A stretch of 64,000 nucleotides of DNA from Candidatus Aenigmatarchaeota archaeon (GCA_016934325.1 JAFGSV010000004.1:11538-75537), one strand, 5' to 3'; positions 1 to 9,816 are shown, numbered from the stretch's first letter. Notes: a model not told the origin generated them from the sequence alone. Made by a program: numbers and translations.

Positions 1-590
1 TTGGCGACCTTCGCGATCGTTGTCGTCTTCCCGCTTCCGTTGTAGCCGAGGAACAGCAGGCAAGCAGGCCTCTTGTCCTTCTTCGCCGCCCTGATGACGT
101 CGCCTATCTCTATCTTCCCCTGGCTGACAGTCTCCAGCAGCAGCCGCCTGAACGATCCTATTATCACCTGCTCCGCATCCTTCCTCTTCACCGGCTTGCC
201 AACGAGCATCTCCTTCAGCCTCGACCGGAAGAAGTCAAGTACCTCCAGGGCGATGTTGGCCTGCAGCAATCCCGGCTCCATGGACGCGAACAAATCGTCG
301 ATCTCCCGCCCGGTGAACTCCTTTTCCCTGATCTTCTTGACCAGCCCGAACCTGGGCAGACGCCTCTTCTGCTCCTCTTGCTCATGCGGCGCCTCAGGCA
401 TCTCCTCGGCCTTCCGGGCGATCCCCTCCTTCTTCGTGATGATCTCTTTCCTGGCGGGTTTCGGCTTCGCCTCCTTTGCGGCAGGCGGCGCCGCAGCTTC
501 CCGCTTGGCGTCTTCCTCGTCCTTCTCCCTGGCGATGCCCGCGAGCTGCTTCACCGACTCCTTGATCCTCTTCTTCAGTATCCCGAACAT
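1..590 (-). CDS. ftsY: Signal recognition particle receptor FtsY, N-terminal part (rest of the gene lies left of the window)
   Basis: Reverse translation from ATG (590-588) gives MFGILKKRIKESVKQLAGIAREKDEE... A charged K/E/A-rich A-region and an N-domain follow. The SRP-GTPase P-loop LLFLGYNGSGKTTTIAKVA sits at nt 60-1. Absent from the ORF track because there is no stop inside the window. Confidence 0.85.
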   Translation of the reverse strand, partial: MFGILKKRIKESVKQLAGIAREKDEEDAKREAAAPPAAKEAKPKPARKEIITKKEGIARKAEEMPEAPHEQEEQKRRLPRFGLVKKIREKEFTGREIDDLFASMEPGLLQANIALEVLDFFRSRLKEMLVGKPVKRKDAEQVIIGSFRRLLLETVSQGKIEIGDVIRAAKKDKRPACLLFLGYNGSGKTTTIAKVA

Positions 591-638
591 AATAGAATTA
601 ATTGCCCTCTTCCATTTTAATGCTTGCCAGGCGGGGCA

Positions 639-968
639 TCAGCCTGCCGGCTCCTTCAGGAGCCTCATGAACCCGTAGAAAAGGCTGCTCAGGGCGGCGT
701 ATTCGAATATGAGGTAGGTCATGACTCCGTAGGTGGAGGTCGTGCCCACGGTCGGCCCCGATATGAAGGGCTCGACGTACGAGACGGCGGTGAAGGTGAA
801 GGTGGCGAGCCCGAGGAAGATTATGCCGAGGGAGATGGTTATCCAGGACTTCGGCTTCTCCCTGTTCCCGTAGAAGCTCCTGGTGCGCTTGAGGATCAGG
901 AAGAAGATCAGGATGAACCAGACGCTCAGTATGAAGTTGGAGAACAGGAAGAAATTCCACAACCACAT
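639..968 (-). CDS. Small integral membrane protein (about 3 TM), function unknown
   Basis: 109-aa ORF with hydrophobic helices (WNFFLFSNFILSVWFILIFFLIL, ISLGIIFLGLATFTFTAV, MTYLIFEYAALSSLFYGF). The overlapping alternative ORFs are R/H/P-rich shadows. Confidence 0.5.
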   Translation of the reverse strand: MWLWNFFLFSNFILSVWFILIFFLILKRTRSFYGNREKPKSWITISLGIIFLGLATFTFTAVSYVEPFISGPTVGTTSTYGVMTYLIFEYAALSSLFYGFMRLLKEPAG

Positions 969-1040
969 GATATAATCTTGTCATGAGCCCCTAATATGTT
1001 TAACAGCAACTACCAAGGCATGAGAAAACGGCTTGGCTGG

Positions 1041-1625
1041 TCAACCCTTCAGTATCTTCGCCTTGACTTCCTCGAAGTGGGCGGGCAGGGATTCCGGGGC
1101 GAGCTTGACCTTAAGGTAGGACGAGAACCTCTTCTTGTACTCCGATGAGTTCTCCCTCTTGAGCCACCCGGCGTAGGACGCCACGTGAGCACCCTTAGTC
1201 CTGTCGTCGCTTGGCAGAATCTTGTCGGAATGCGCCACGCTGAGGCCCGCGTCGACGGCTCCCCGCAGCGCCGCGAATATCCTGCTGCCGGGGGTGGGCT
1301 TGTAGAGGCCCATGTCGAGGACGGCCTGCGAGATCTTGCTCTTCTTCGCCCTGACGCCGCAGAGCAGGCCTGCAAGATAGGCGGCCGGTATGTTCCCCGT
1401 GTTCGCTTTCCACCCGAGCTTCTTTAGCTCGGGGGTACCCGCTGAAACGAGGCACCTGTCCCCGGTGGGCTCATACTTGACGATATGGCAGTTCACGTTC
1501 GAAAGGGATTTCCTCACCACCAGCCTGCACTTGCCCGATTTCAGCAAGGCGAACCTCTTCTGGTAGTCTGTCTTGAGCTCCCTCCTTCTCCTGTGAGGGA
1601 CAATGGTCTTCTTAGCCCTTGGCAT
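1041..1625 (-). CDS. rpl18: 50S ribosomal protein uL18 (L18P/L5e)
   Basis: [40 protein letters not shown] matches the archaeal uL18 N-terminus pattern (..RRRREGKT.Y..R..LL). The ORF track starts 9 nt earlier at 1634, so the start is uncertain. Confidence 0.9.
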   Translation of the reverse strand: MPRAKKTIVPHRRRRELKTDYQKRFALLKSGKCRLVVRKSLSNVNCHIVKYEPTGDRCLVSAGTPELKKLGWKANTGNIPAAYLAGLLCGVRAKKSKISQAVLDMGLYKPTPGSRIFAALRGAVDAGLSVAHSDKILPSDDRTKGAHVASYAGWLKRENSSEYKKRFSSYLKVKLAPESLPAHFEEVKAKILKG

Positions 1626-2088
1626 CCATGCCACCCCCCTTCTTGGTGCCCCTGATCATCTTGTTGTCCCGCAGGTAAGAGAGCATGTGCTTCTTGTTCC
1701 TGAACTCGCCTCCCTTGACCCTGAGGTACATCTTCCTGCTGACGTCCTTGTCGATCTGGCCCCCGTCCCTGAGCTCCTTGATGAGCTTCCTCAGGGCCCT
1801 CGTAGTCCTCATCCAGCTCTGCTTCTTAGGGCCCTTCGCGAATTTCGTGCCGCTGGCCTTGCCCCTGCCCTTCCGCCTGCCCTTCTTCTTCTGGCTCGCG
1901 ATGTAATTGGCCTTGACCCTGCTTACGCCCTTCTTTTCCTTCTTCGTTATCAGGTTCTTCTTGATGAGTCCCCTTATGTCGTTCCTGGTCAGGGCCTCCC
2001 CGACGTCCTTGTCGCCGGACACGCGCACCCTTCCCGGGCCGCACTTCAGTATCTTCGCTGCAAGCCTCTTCTGGTATGACGTGTTCAT
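1612..2088 (-). CDS. rpl19e: 50S ribosomal protein eL19
   Basis: [23 protein letters not shown]...[11 protein letters not shown]...[17 protein letters not shown] is the typical eL19 sequence. Confidence 0.9.
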   Translation of the reverse strand: MNTSYQKRLAAKILKCGPGRVRVSGDKDVGEALTRNDIRGLIKKNLITKKEKKGVSRVKANYIASQKKKGRRKGRGKASGTKFAKGPKKQSWMRTTRALRKLIKELRDGGQIDKDVSRKMYLRVKGGEFRNKKHMLSYLRDNKMIRGTKKGGGMDAKG

Positions 2089-2759
2089 CCCTTCAACCTC
2101 TTGCCTTTCGCGGCCTCTTTGACCGGCGCCTTGGCCGGCTGGGCCTCCGGCTTACCCGGGTAGGCGCCTTCCTGCGGGGTAAGTTCGGCGCCGAAATCGA
2201 CAATGGTGTACTTGAAATCCGAATCCTTCTTCAGCTTGCCCCTCTTCCTCAGGATCTCCCTGGCGAGCAGCAGCATGACGAGGGCGATGGCCTTCTTGCC
2301 GTTGTTGTTGGTAGGTATTATCAGGTCCATGTCCGCAGCCTCGTTGAAGGTGTCGCACAGCGTGACGACGGGTATCCTCTTCTTCTTGGCCTCCTTGACC
2401 GCCTGCTCGTCGACGAGCGGGTCTATTAGGAAGACGACATCCGGCTCGAAGAAGTCCCTGTAGGACGGGTTCGTCAGCGTCCCGGGGGAGAACCTGCCGC
2501 TTATGTGCTTGCATCCGACGACCTCGGCGAACTTCCTTATCGCCTCGGCGGCGTTCGTCTTCCTGCTTATGATGAGCATGTTGTCGAACCTGGACAGGAA
2601 AGCCGCCGCTGTGACTATCCTGGCGTCGACCTTCCTCAGGTTGAAGACCGCCAGCCCGTCATCCCTCACCTTGTAGACGAACTGCTTCAGGTACTTGGTG
2701 CACGACTTCATCCCTATGTGGACCCCGGCCGACAGGTAATCTGTCCTTTCGACGAGCAT
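2085..2759 (-). CDS. rps2: 30S ribosomal protein uS2
   Basis: YLSAGVHIGMKSCTKYLKQFVYKVRDDGLAVFNLRKV...PDVVFLIDPLVDEQAVKEAKKKRIPVVTLCDT shows uS2 hallmarks. There is an Ala/Pro/Lys-rich C-terminal tail. Confidence 0.9.
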   Translation of the reverse strand: MLVERTDYLSAGVHIGMKSCTKYLKQFVYKVRDDGLAVFNLRKVDARIVTAAAFLSRFDNMLIISRKTNAAEAIRKFAEVVGCKHISGRFSPGTLTNPSYRDFFEPDVVFLIDPLVDEQAVKEAKKKRIPVVTLCDTFNEAADMDLIIPTNNNGKKAIALVMLLLAREILRKRGKLKKDSDFKYTIVDFGAELTPQEGAYPGKPEAQPAKAPVKEAAKGKRLKG

Positions 2760-2931
2760 TTTCCCACTCCTTACCTATTTTCACCCTCTGATTTATATGT
2801 TCCTTATATTTGCGATTCTTTAATATATTAATTTATTACGCGCCCCGCGCCCCCGCAATGGCCTATTCTGTGTCTTTTGGCCGCGATGTTTTTTAAAGGT
2901 TATGCAAGAGGGGAGAAGAATGTCCGGAAGG

Positions 2932-3159
2932 TCAGTCTCTATGGCTGTAGGTGCATATGACAGGCCTTCCGAACGGACCGTCCCTTGTGCCGATCATTAC
3001 ATATAAACCGTCGGGATCGCGGTAAACATCGTGAAAGTCAAGGCTGCTCGCTTCAGGGACATGCTCGAAGCCGTTGGCCTCGAGCTCATCCGGTGTCGTA
3101 TGGCTCTTGGCAGTGTAGCCGTTCCCTTCCTTGAGCAATGCGAATCCCATTCCGAGCAT
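2932..3159 (-). CDS. Hypothetical small protein
   Basis: 75-aa ORF with balanced composition. No recognisable motif. Confidence 0.3.
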   Translation of the reverse strand: MLGMGFALLKEGNGYTAKSHTTPDELEANGFEHVPEASSLDFHDVYRDPDGLYVMIGTRDGPFGRPVICTYSHRD

Positions 3160-3317
3160 GTCGTTATAAATGAAATCAGATGCATTTAAAGCTATTCCCC
3201 TTTCGCATCTTCAAGCCCCATGCCGATGTTCAGCAGACAGCGAAGTCTGCTTGGTTTCCAGCCATGCCCCCATAAATAATATTATTTTTTATTTGCTCGA
3301 ATCCATATTATTTGTAC

Positions 3318-6137
3318 ATGGGAGGATTCCTTCGGTTGCTAGCATCGTTATTCTTTTTGTTAGCGCTTGTCGGAATCCCGGCTTCAGCGCAACCCTGCCG
3401 GACAACCGCAGACGCCAACTGCGACGGCGCCATAAGCATACAGGAGATGAACTCCCACATCGGCGCGTGGTTCATATGCTCCGACTGCACCCCCGACCTC
3501 TTCGATGCCATACAGGGATTCTACGGCATCCCATTCTGCGGGGACGCCAGCTGCGATACTGGAGAGGACGAGGCATGCTCCAGCTGCCCTTACGATTGCG
3601 GGCCATGCACAGAATGCTACCAGGCGTCGGATTGCTATTACGTGTCCGTCTATGGCGGGGAGCCCCCCCATGACGGCTCATTCTACCATGAATACACCCT
3701 GGCAGAGGCCCAGGCGCTGGCGAACTCCAGGCCGGACGATGCTCTGACCTTCACGCTGCTCGGAGGCGATTACGGCTCCTTCACAGAAGACGCCCAGGAC
3801 CGCACAGAATGGGCTGCGTGGATGGCGGACAGCCCGGAAGTGATTTTCAACAGCATAGCATTGGGCGACTATCCTGACAATCCCGACCTCTATCTCGCTT
3901 TCGATGGCATCAAGGTGAGTGAAGGGCCGAACCCCGGAGGGAACCCCAACCACGCCGTGGATATCGACGGGGCCAGCCACGTCAGGCTTGCGGGCATGGC
4001 CATCGAAGGGATAGATGGCCATAACCCGTACAGCAGGGGCGTTTCTTTGAGCAGGGCCGGCCATGTCGCCATCAGCGGCAGCGCCATACATGGATTCTAC
4101 AGCCTTGTGAGGGCGACCCCTGATGCCGCCAGGGTCAACAATGTCGTCATAAGCGATTGCACGTTCAATGATGCCACATGGGCAGTCATCGCGCATGGGG
4201 ATGACTGGGCGGTCGGGGACAACGAGTTTTACGATCTCTGGGACGGGATCAAGGCGGATGTTCATGACAGCATGATCTCGGAAAATGACATGCACGATTT
4301 CAGGGGAGCGCAGAACCTCTCATGGCAGGGCGACGGCATCGAGGTTCACAGCAGCCCGGTTACAGGCAGCCAGCCCATGAACGTGACGATAAGCGGGAAT
4401 ACCGTCAATGTCGGCAGCGGATGCAGGCACGGGATAAGCATGACATGCGGAGACGGATCGGAATGCATCAACGTGACGGTCGAAGGCAACGTCGTGCACG
4501 GGACCAGAAGCACGACCATCCGATCGACTCAGACGATCGGCCTGGTCTTCAGGAACAACACCGTCATGAACGATGTCGGGGACGTCGTGATCGATGACAC
4601 GTGCTATGTTACCGACATCTCCCGCAACATCGTGCACAAGCTGCACATCGATAGCGGCACCCCCGTCTATTACGAGGACTACAACATCGGCTACAGCCTC
4701 GCATGGGGGGCCGGATCCAGGCCGCTTGCGGATGCGGGAGGGCATTCGCTGGACCTCGGCCAGAGCCAGGCGGCCTTCGAATCCCTTTTCACCGATTTCG
4801 CCGGCGGGAATTACACCCCCCTTCCGACCGGCCCCGCCTGCCCTGGCGGAAACGCCAACCTGTCCTCAGGTGAGCACATCGGCGCCCTGCCTTGCGTGGC
4901 GGTGGGACCACCTTGCGGGCCGTCTGACGGCACTTGCCCGGACGGCTGCCATTATCCCACGGACCCGGACTGCACCCATTGCGGCGATGATACCATGCAG
5001 GCGCCGAATGACGACGGCCTGAGCGAGACGTGCGACGGGACGGATTTGGATACATACACCGATTGCCTGAGCCATCTTGGCACCGGATGGATAGGAGCCC
5101 TCGCCTGCCTGGCTGACTGCTCGGGCTTCGACACCAGCGGTTGCGTTAACGTCGGCGAATGCGGCGACCTGGTTGACAACGACGCGGACGGAGCTACGGA
5201 CGCCGCTGATTTCTCATGCCAGCAGGGAGGACCTGACGAGGACAGCTTCATGGCCGAATGCCAGAACGGGCTGGACGATGACAGCGACACCTTTGTCGAT
5301 TTCCCCGACGACCCGGACTGCTACAGCCTGCAAGACAATGTGGAACAGGGCGCCGTCGTGTCGGAGGGGCTGGTGATAAACCACACCCATGTCGCTCTTT
5401 TCGAGCAGATACCTGACTACTGGCTCGAGAAAGCGAAGGAGCTTAGGGTGGAATACACGACACAGTCCCACGGGAGCCAGTCCATCAACGACATGGTGAA
5501 CATGGAGAGCGTGATAAACCCCGAATACAGCGTCGCATACTGTTCCGGATTCCTCTTCGTGGACCCGTGCCTGCCGCCCGCAGAGACGCCGTCCGCCCTC
5601 AGGGTGTTCATTCACGGGGGCAGGCCGGAGAACTACTGGGAGACCCAGGAGGGAAGGGACCAGGTGGCGGCATACATGGAAACGGGATGGTACAACTATT
5701 CCATATTCTTCTTCTGCGGGGAGCATAACGGACCCCCGGAGTACATACAGGCTTATCTCGGCAACATGACCCTGTTTGAGCAGCAGCACCCTGAAGTGGG
5801 GTTCATATACGCGACGGGGCATTCGGCGCTTTCCCTGTCTGTCCCGGCCAACAACGCCATGATCAGGGATTACGCAATATCAAACAACAAGCTCTTCTTC
5901 GATTTCGCTGATATAGAGCACTACGACCCTGACGGCAACTATTACCCCAACGAGGACGGGACCTGCGTCTGGTGCGAGAACTGGTGCAGCAACCACCCGG
6001 CCGACTGCCAGAACCTGCTGCCCAGGCTCGAGTCCGGGGTGATGACCGGCTGCCCCCATGCGCACGGCTTCCTCTGCAGGGTCAAGGCGAAGGCGTTCTG
6101 GGTCATGCTGGCGATGCTCGCGGGCTGGGAGCCTTGA
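3318..6137 (+). CDS. Secreted beta-helix protein with a dockerin/EF-hand-like loop and Cys/Asp-rich metal-binding-like repeats
   Basis: Signal peptide MGGFLRLLASLFFLLALVGIPASA. DANCDGAISIQE loop at 3411-3446. PbH1-like turns (ISGSAIHG, VISDCTFND, ISGNTVNV, VEGNVVHG). CGDLVDNDADGATD and CQNGLDDDSDTFVDFPDDPDC at 5158-5325. The C-terminal ~270 aa are unassigned. The ORF-track start is TTG 3312; ATG at 3318 is preferred. Confidence 0.75.
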   Translation: MGGFLRLLASLFFLLALVGIPASAQPCRTTADANCDGAISIQEMNSHIGAWFICSDCTPDLFDAIQGFYGIPFCGDASCDTGEDEACSSCPYDCGPCTECYQASDCYYVSVYGGEPPHDGSFYHEYTLAEAQALANSRPDDALTFTLLGGDYGSFTEDAQDRTEWAAWMADSPEVIFNSIALGDYPDNPDLYLAFDGIKVSEGPNPGGNPNHAVDIDGASHVRLAGMAIEGIDGHNPYSRGVSLSRAGHVAISGSAIHGFYSLVRATPDAARVNNVVISDCTFNDATWAVIAHGDDWAVGDNEFYDLWDGIKADVHDSMISENDMHDFRGAQNLSWQGDGIEVHSSPVTGSQPMNVTISGNTVNVGSGCRHGISMTCGDGSECINVTVEGNVVHGTRSTTIRSTQTIGLVFRNNTVMNDVGDVVIDDTCYVTDISRNIVHKLHIDSGTPVYYEDYNIGYSLAWGAGSRPLADAGGHSLDLGQSQAAFESLFTDFAGGNYTPLPTGPACPGGNANLSSGEHIGALPCVAVGPPCGPSDGTCPDGCHYPTDPDCTHCGDDTMQAPNDDGLSETCDGTDLDTYTDCLSHLGTGWIGALACLADCSGFDTSGCVNVGECGDLVDNDADGATDAADFSCQQGGPDEDSFMAECQNGLDDDSDTFVDFPDDPDCYSLQDNVEQGAVVSEGLVINHTHVALFEQIPDYWLEKAKELRVEYTTQSHGSQSINDMVNMESVINPEYSVAYCSGFLFVDPCLPPAETPSALRVFIHGGRPENYWETQEGRDQVAAYMETGWYNYSIFFFCGEHNGPPEYIQAYLGNMTLFEQQHPEVGFIYATGHSALSLSVPANNAMIRDYAISNNKLFFDFADIEHYDPDGNYYPNEDGTCVWCENWCSNHPADCQNLLPRLESGVMTGCPHAHGFLCRVKAKAFWVMLAMLAGWEP

Positions 6138-6177
6138 CCTCGCGCCCGGCATGATGCCGTAATAAGCACAAGAGAAG

Positions 6178-6804
6178 CTAGTAGAAGGAATCCGATACGC
6201 TGTCGATTACGAGCTTGACGTTCTGCAGCACGGGGTTGCCGTGGCCGGGCAGCAGCTTGTCTATCTTCAGCCCCCGCAGCTTCTCGATAGAATTCTTCAG
6301 GTCGAGTTCGCTGCCTCCCGGCAGGTCTGTCCTGCCGATCCCCTCCGCGAATATGGTGTCGCCCGAGAACAGCACCCTGCTCTTCTCGTCGTACAGGCAG
6401 ATCGACCCCGGGCTGTGTCCGGGGGTGTGTACGACCCTCAGGCCGCTTATCTCGTCGCCGTCATGCAGCTTCCTGTCAACGTGCCTGGCGTGCATCCTGC
6501 CGTTGAAGAAGTCCGAGAAGCTGAGCTCAGGGTCGCCCCTCTCCAGGATGGGCGCGTCCAGCTCGTGGATCGCAACCTTGGCGTTGAGGAAATACCCGTT
6601 GCCTCCGACGTGGTCGAAATGCCCGTGGGTGTTTATCACCCATTCGATGGAACCCATGTCCCTCTTCATCGCGCTGAACATGGACATGAGCCTGGTGAAA
6701 TTGAAGCCGGTGCCGGCATCGATCACGGAATTGCCTATGACGTAGATGTTTGAATCGGCCTCCGAAAGGCCAATGACGGTTATGTCACCGATTTTCCTTA
6801 TCAT
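6178..6804 (-). CDS. MBL-fold metallo-hydrolase (glyoxalase II-like)
   Basis: THGHFDHVGG (HxHxDH motif), HTPGHSPGS and a C-terminal GHG. Confidence 0.85.
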   Translation of the reverse strand: MIRKIGDITVIGLSEADSNIYVIGNSVIDAGTGFNFTRLMSMFSAMKRDMGSIEWVINTHGHFDHVGGNGYFLNAKVAIHELDAPILERGDPELSFSDFFNGRMHARHVDRKLHDGDEISGLRVVHTPGHSPGSICLYDEKSRVLFSGDTIFAEGIGRTDLPGGSELDLKNSIEKLRGLKIDKLLPGHGNPVLQNVKLVIDSVSDSFY

Positions 6805-6932
6805 GCCCCGACCCCGCTGTGATGCCTGTTAATATGTTGCATGCTAAGAAATATATATTTACCTTGAAAAAAGTATTTAAGGCTTTCTCCCTGCTTATTC
6901 CCGGGCCGATGACAAACGGAATGGAAAGGTTA

Positions 6933-7199
6933 TTAAGGCTTCCTGGCGGCCAGCGCATAGACCAGCTTCTCCGCCTCTTCCCTCGACGGCTTTGGTGGCA
7001 GCGGTAAGTCCCATCCTATGTTGACGAGCAGGCTTATGGCATGCCTCATCATCCTGTCGACCTCCTGCCCCGAGTTGCCGCATGCGGTGTGCAGGAGACG
7101 TGCCCTCTTCTTCATGGCGAAGTCGGTCGGGTCCTTGGCGTAAGCCGAGAATAAGCCGATCAGCTGCTTCCTAAGGTCGTCCCTGCCGCCCTCGTCCAT
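6933..7199 (-). CDS. Hypothetical protein
   Basis: 88-aa ORF starting 1 nt after the cysS stop on the same strand. No known motif. Confidence 0.4.
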   Translation of the reverse strand: MDEGGRDDLRKQLIGLFSAYAKDPTDFAMKKRARLLHTACGNSGQEVDRMMRHAISLLVNIGWDLPLPPKPSREEAEKLVYALAARKP

Positions 7200-7200
7200 C

Positions 7201-8607
7201 TCATCCCTTCCTGAGCTTCCACTTCACGCCGCCGGGGGTGTCCTCCAGTATGACACCCAGCTCTGCCAGCTTCGACCTGATCTCGTCGGACTTGCCGAAG
7301 TCCTTTTTCTTCCTGGCGGCCTCCCTCTGGCTTATGAGCCGCTCGACCTGGGCGCTTATGCCCTTCTTCCCGGCATGAAGGACGCCGAGGACCTTGTCGA
7401 AGCCGAGCATCAGGCCCTTGACGGCCTTCGCATCGGCCCTGCCCAGGCCGCCCTTTTCCGCGATCCTGTTGACTTCCTTCACCAGGTCGAAGACGGCCGC
7501 CAGCGCCTCGGCGATGTTCAGGTCGTTGTCCATGGAAGATTCGAAATCCCGCTTTGCCTTGCTGACCAGCTTCTTGATCCTCGGGTCGCTCTTGCCACCC
7601 TTCGCGCCGTCGAGCATGTCCATGAAGTCGAGCAGCCTTTCTGTGGAGTTCGCTGCGGCCCCGAGGCCCTCCAGGGTGAAGTTGAGCTTCTGCCTGTAAT
7701 GGGTGCCGAGCAGCAGGTACCTTATCGCCCTGGGGCTGTGCCCCTTGCCAAGCAGGTCCCTCAGCGTGTAGAAGTTGCCCAGGGACTTGGACATCTTCCT
7801 GCCATCCACGAGCAGGTGCTCGTTATGTACCCAATACCTTGCGAAAGGCCTTCCGGTACCGCCCTCGGACTGGGCGATCTCGTTCTCGTGGTGGGGGAAT
7901 ATGAGGTCGACGCCGCCCGTGTGTATGTCGAATGTCTCCCCGAGGTACTTCATGCTCATGGCGCTGCACTCTATGTGCCAGCCGGGCCTGCCCTTGCCTA
8001 TGCCGGCCTCCCAACCGACGTCGCCGTCCTGCTCCGTCCAGGCCTTCCACAAGGCGAAGTCCTGGGCCTGCCCCTTCTCGTACTGGTCCTGGCTGACCCT
8101 TGCGCCGGCCTTCAGGTCCTTGACTTTGAGATGCGCAAGTTTTCCGTAACCCTTCTTTTTTGATATATCGTAGTAAACCGAGCCGTCATCGCTCTTGTAG
8201 GCGTAGCCTTTCCTGATCAGGGACTTGATCAGCGTGACCATCTCCCCGACATGCCGGGTGGCCTCGGGGTAGGCGGAAGCGGGCCTGATGTTGAGCTGCT
8301 TGAGGTCGTCGAAGAAAGCCCGCTTGTATTTTTCTGTGAACCTGGCCAGGGAAATCCCGGCCTGCTGCGAGCCCTTGATGGTCTTGTCGTCGACGTCGGT
8401 CAGGTTCATGACGGCCTTGACCCTGTAGCCCTTGTATTCCAGGTATCTCCTGAGCAGGTCCGACACCATGTACGCCCTGAAGTTGCCGATGTGGGCGTAG
8501 TCGTAGACGGTCGGGCCGCAGGAATACATCCTGACCAGCTTGCCGTCCAGCGGCCTGAAGGCCTCCTTCCTCCTAGTAAGCGTGTTGAAAAGTGAGAGCG
8601 GCATCAA
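7201..8607 (-). CDS. cysS: Cysteinyl-tRNA synthetase
   Basis: Class I signatures HIGNFRAY (HIGH) and KMSKSLGN (KMSKS), plus the CGPTVYDYAHIGN context and WHIECSAM. Confidence 0.95.
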   Translation of the reverse strand: MMPLSLFNTLTRRKEAFRPLDGKLVRMYSCGPTVYDYAHIGNFRAYMVSDLLRRYLEYKGYRVKAVMNLTDVDDKTIKGSQQAGISLARFTEKYKRAFFDDLKQLNIRPASAYPEATRHVGEMVTLIKSLIRKGYAYKSDDGSVYYDISKKKGYGKLAHLKVKDLKAGARVSQDQYEKGQAQDFALWKAWTEQDGDVGWEAGIGKGRPGWHIECSAMSMKYLGETFDIHTGGVDLIFPHHENEIAQSEGGTGRPFARYWVHNEHLLVDGRKMSKSLGNFYTLRDLLGKGHSPRAIRYLLLGTHYRQKLNFTLEGLGAAANSTERLLDFMDMLDGAKGGKSDPRIKKLVSKAKRDFESSMDNDLNIAEALAAVFDLVKEVNRIAEKGGLGRADAKAVKGLMLGFDKVLGVLHAGKKGISAQVERLISQREAARKKKDFGKSDEIRSKLAELGVILEDTPGGVKWKLRKG

Positions 8608-8748
8608 TGCACCATGACATTAAATGGTATCCGAATATAATATTTGTTGCCCGCCCGAAAATATATTCTTCCCATGGAATTTCGGCTAGGACGGATTCGC
8701 AGGCAATCAGCGTGTGTTGGGTACCACCCGTGATACCTCCGGGTGCTT

Positions 8749-8934
8749 TTAGAGACCCGCCTTGATATATTTATCACCGATAGGATTAGCCGTCCAATAG
8801 GTTCCCCACCCTTCTCTACTGTCAGTACCGCACCACAAAGGACCAGATAAACCAAGATCTTTAGCCAGGCTTTCCTCATCAATGGATCCAAAATCGGTAC
8901 CTGGTTTGAAATAGATCCTCAATCTTGGTCTCAT
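8749..8934 (-). CDS. Hypothetical small protein or gene fragment
   Basis: 61-aa ORF (IYFKPGTDFGSIDEES...WCGTDSREGWGTYW). It lies at the edge of the AT-rich island and may be a remnant. Confidence 0.2.
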   Translation of the reverse strand: MRPRLRIYFKPGTDFGSIDEESLAKDLGLSGPLWCGTDSREGWGTYWTANPIGDKYIKAGL

Positions 8935-9022
8935 GATAATTATTTGGGGATGATCATTAAAAATCCGATGCTATCGGTGGAATATGCGGATATTCCTAAA
9001 GCTATGGTTTAATTTCCAACCG

Positions 9023-9077
9023 CTGCTGTCAGGGCTTTGCTAATAAAAGGCTGATTTTCGGCGATTTTATTAGCAAA
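9023..9077. repeat. Left repeat cluster of the AT-rich cassette
   Basis: CTGCTGTCAG-GGCTTTGCTAATAAAA (9023-9048) and TTTTATTAGCAAA (9065-9077). TTTGCTAATAAAA and TTTTATTAGCAAA form a perfect 13-bp inverted repeat with a 16-nt spacer. Confidence 0.6.
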
Positions 9078-9115
9078 TGAAGGAGAATAAGAGCAAAATT
9101 GTTAAACTAAAAGTT

Positions 9116-9598
9116 TTATTTTCTTCTTAGCGGAATTTTATTTTTTGCATGTTCTTCTTCAATTAATTTAACCGCCTTTGCAGAATCGATAACTTGAAAG
9201 GGAACTTTTCCGTTCTTCGTCAATAAATCTGTTAATGATTTATTATCTGTTACATAATGTACTAATTTATCTTCACTCACCGCCAACTGAGATGCCAATT
9301 CCAATTGCGATTGAAACGCATCGCAATTAAATAAATGTTCACGTACCCTTACCGCCGCCAAAAAACCGAATCTCTTTTGATGTGCGTCCTTGTATCTTTT
9401 TTCATATAAATATTGGTCTACATTCTGTGTGATATGAATAATTCTTTCTCTGCAATCTACGTTGTAAATAAAGCCATTATAAAAAATTTTATGGCAAGGG
9501 TGGTCGATAGAACCCCTCTCTCTAGCTAAGAAGGCCGTCTCAATTATATCTAATCCTGGAACTATAGCAATTGACGTCATTGTTAAAGCCTTTATCAA
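9116..9598 (-). CDS. Hypothetical protein (cassette gene 2)
   Basis: 160-aa ORF (TTG start; alternative ATG at 9580) in an AT-rich segment. No motif recognised. Confidence 0.5.
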   Translation of the reverse strand: MIKALTMTSIAIVPGLDIIETAFLARERGSIDHPCHKIFYNGFIYNVDCRERIIHITQNVDQYLYEKRYKDAHQKRFGFLAAVRVREHLFNCDAFQSQLELASQLAVSEDKLVHYVTDNKSLTDLLTKNGKVPFQVIDSAKAVKLIEEEHAKNKIPLRRK

Positions 9599-9816
9599 AA
9601 TGCGAGCTCTATGAATTTTCTTTCGTCAATTATGTCAGCATTTATAACTTTTGGGTTGGTAAAAGTCATTGTAAGTTCTAATATCTCCTCACTTTTGGCA
9701 GAGTTGATAATTGCCTCTGCCTCTGGTGCAATAGATTCTATTTTATCCCTGATTTTTTCGAATCTGTGTTTCCTCATGAACTCCACAACCACTTCATTTG
9801 GTAAAGCCATGTCCAA
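9595..9816 (-). CDS. Hypothetical small protein (cassette gene 1)
   Basis: 73-aa acidic ORF whose stop overlaps or abuts the start of the 160-aa ORF. This is a TA-like two-gene layout. Confidence 0.45.
   Translation of the reverse strand: MDMALPNEVVVEFMRKHRFEKIRDKIESIAPEAEAIINSAKSEEILELTMTFTNPKVINADIIDERKFIELAF

Noticed and set aside
598-986. ORFs 598-984(-) and 624-986(+) overlapping the small membrane-protein gene
   Set aside because: Their H/R/P/E-rich compositions contrast with the clean three-TM profile of the 639-968(-) frame.
8604-8891. 95-aa minus-strand ORF abutting the cysS start
   Set aside because: It overlaps the alternative 61-aa ORF and has an implausible composition. The region is more likely a promoter or decayed sequence. 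Only the 61-aa ORF is listed, at low confidence.
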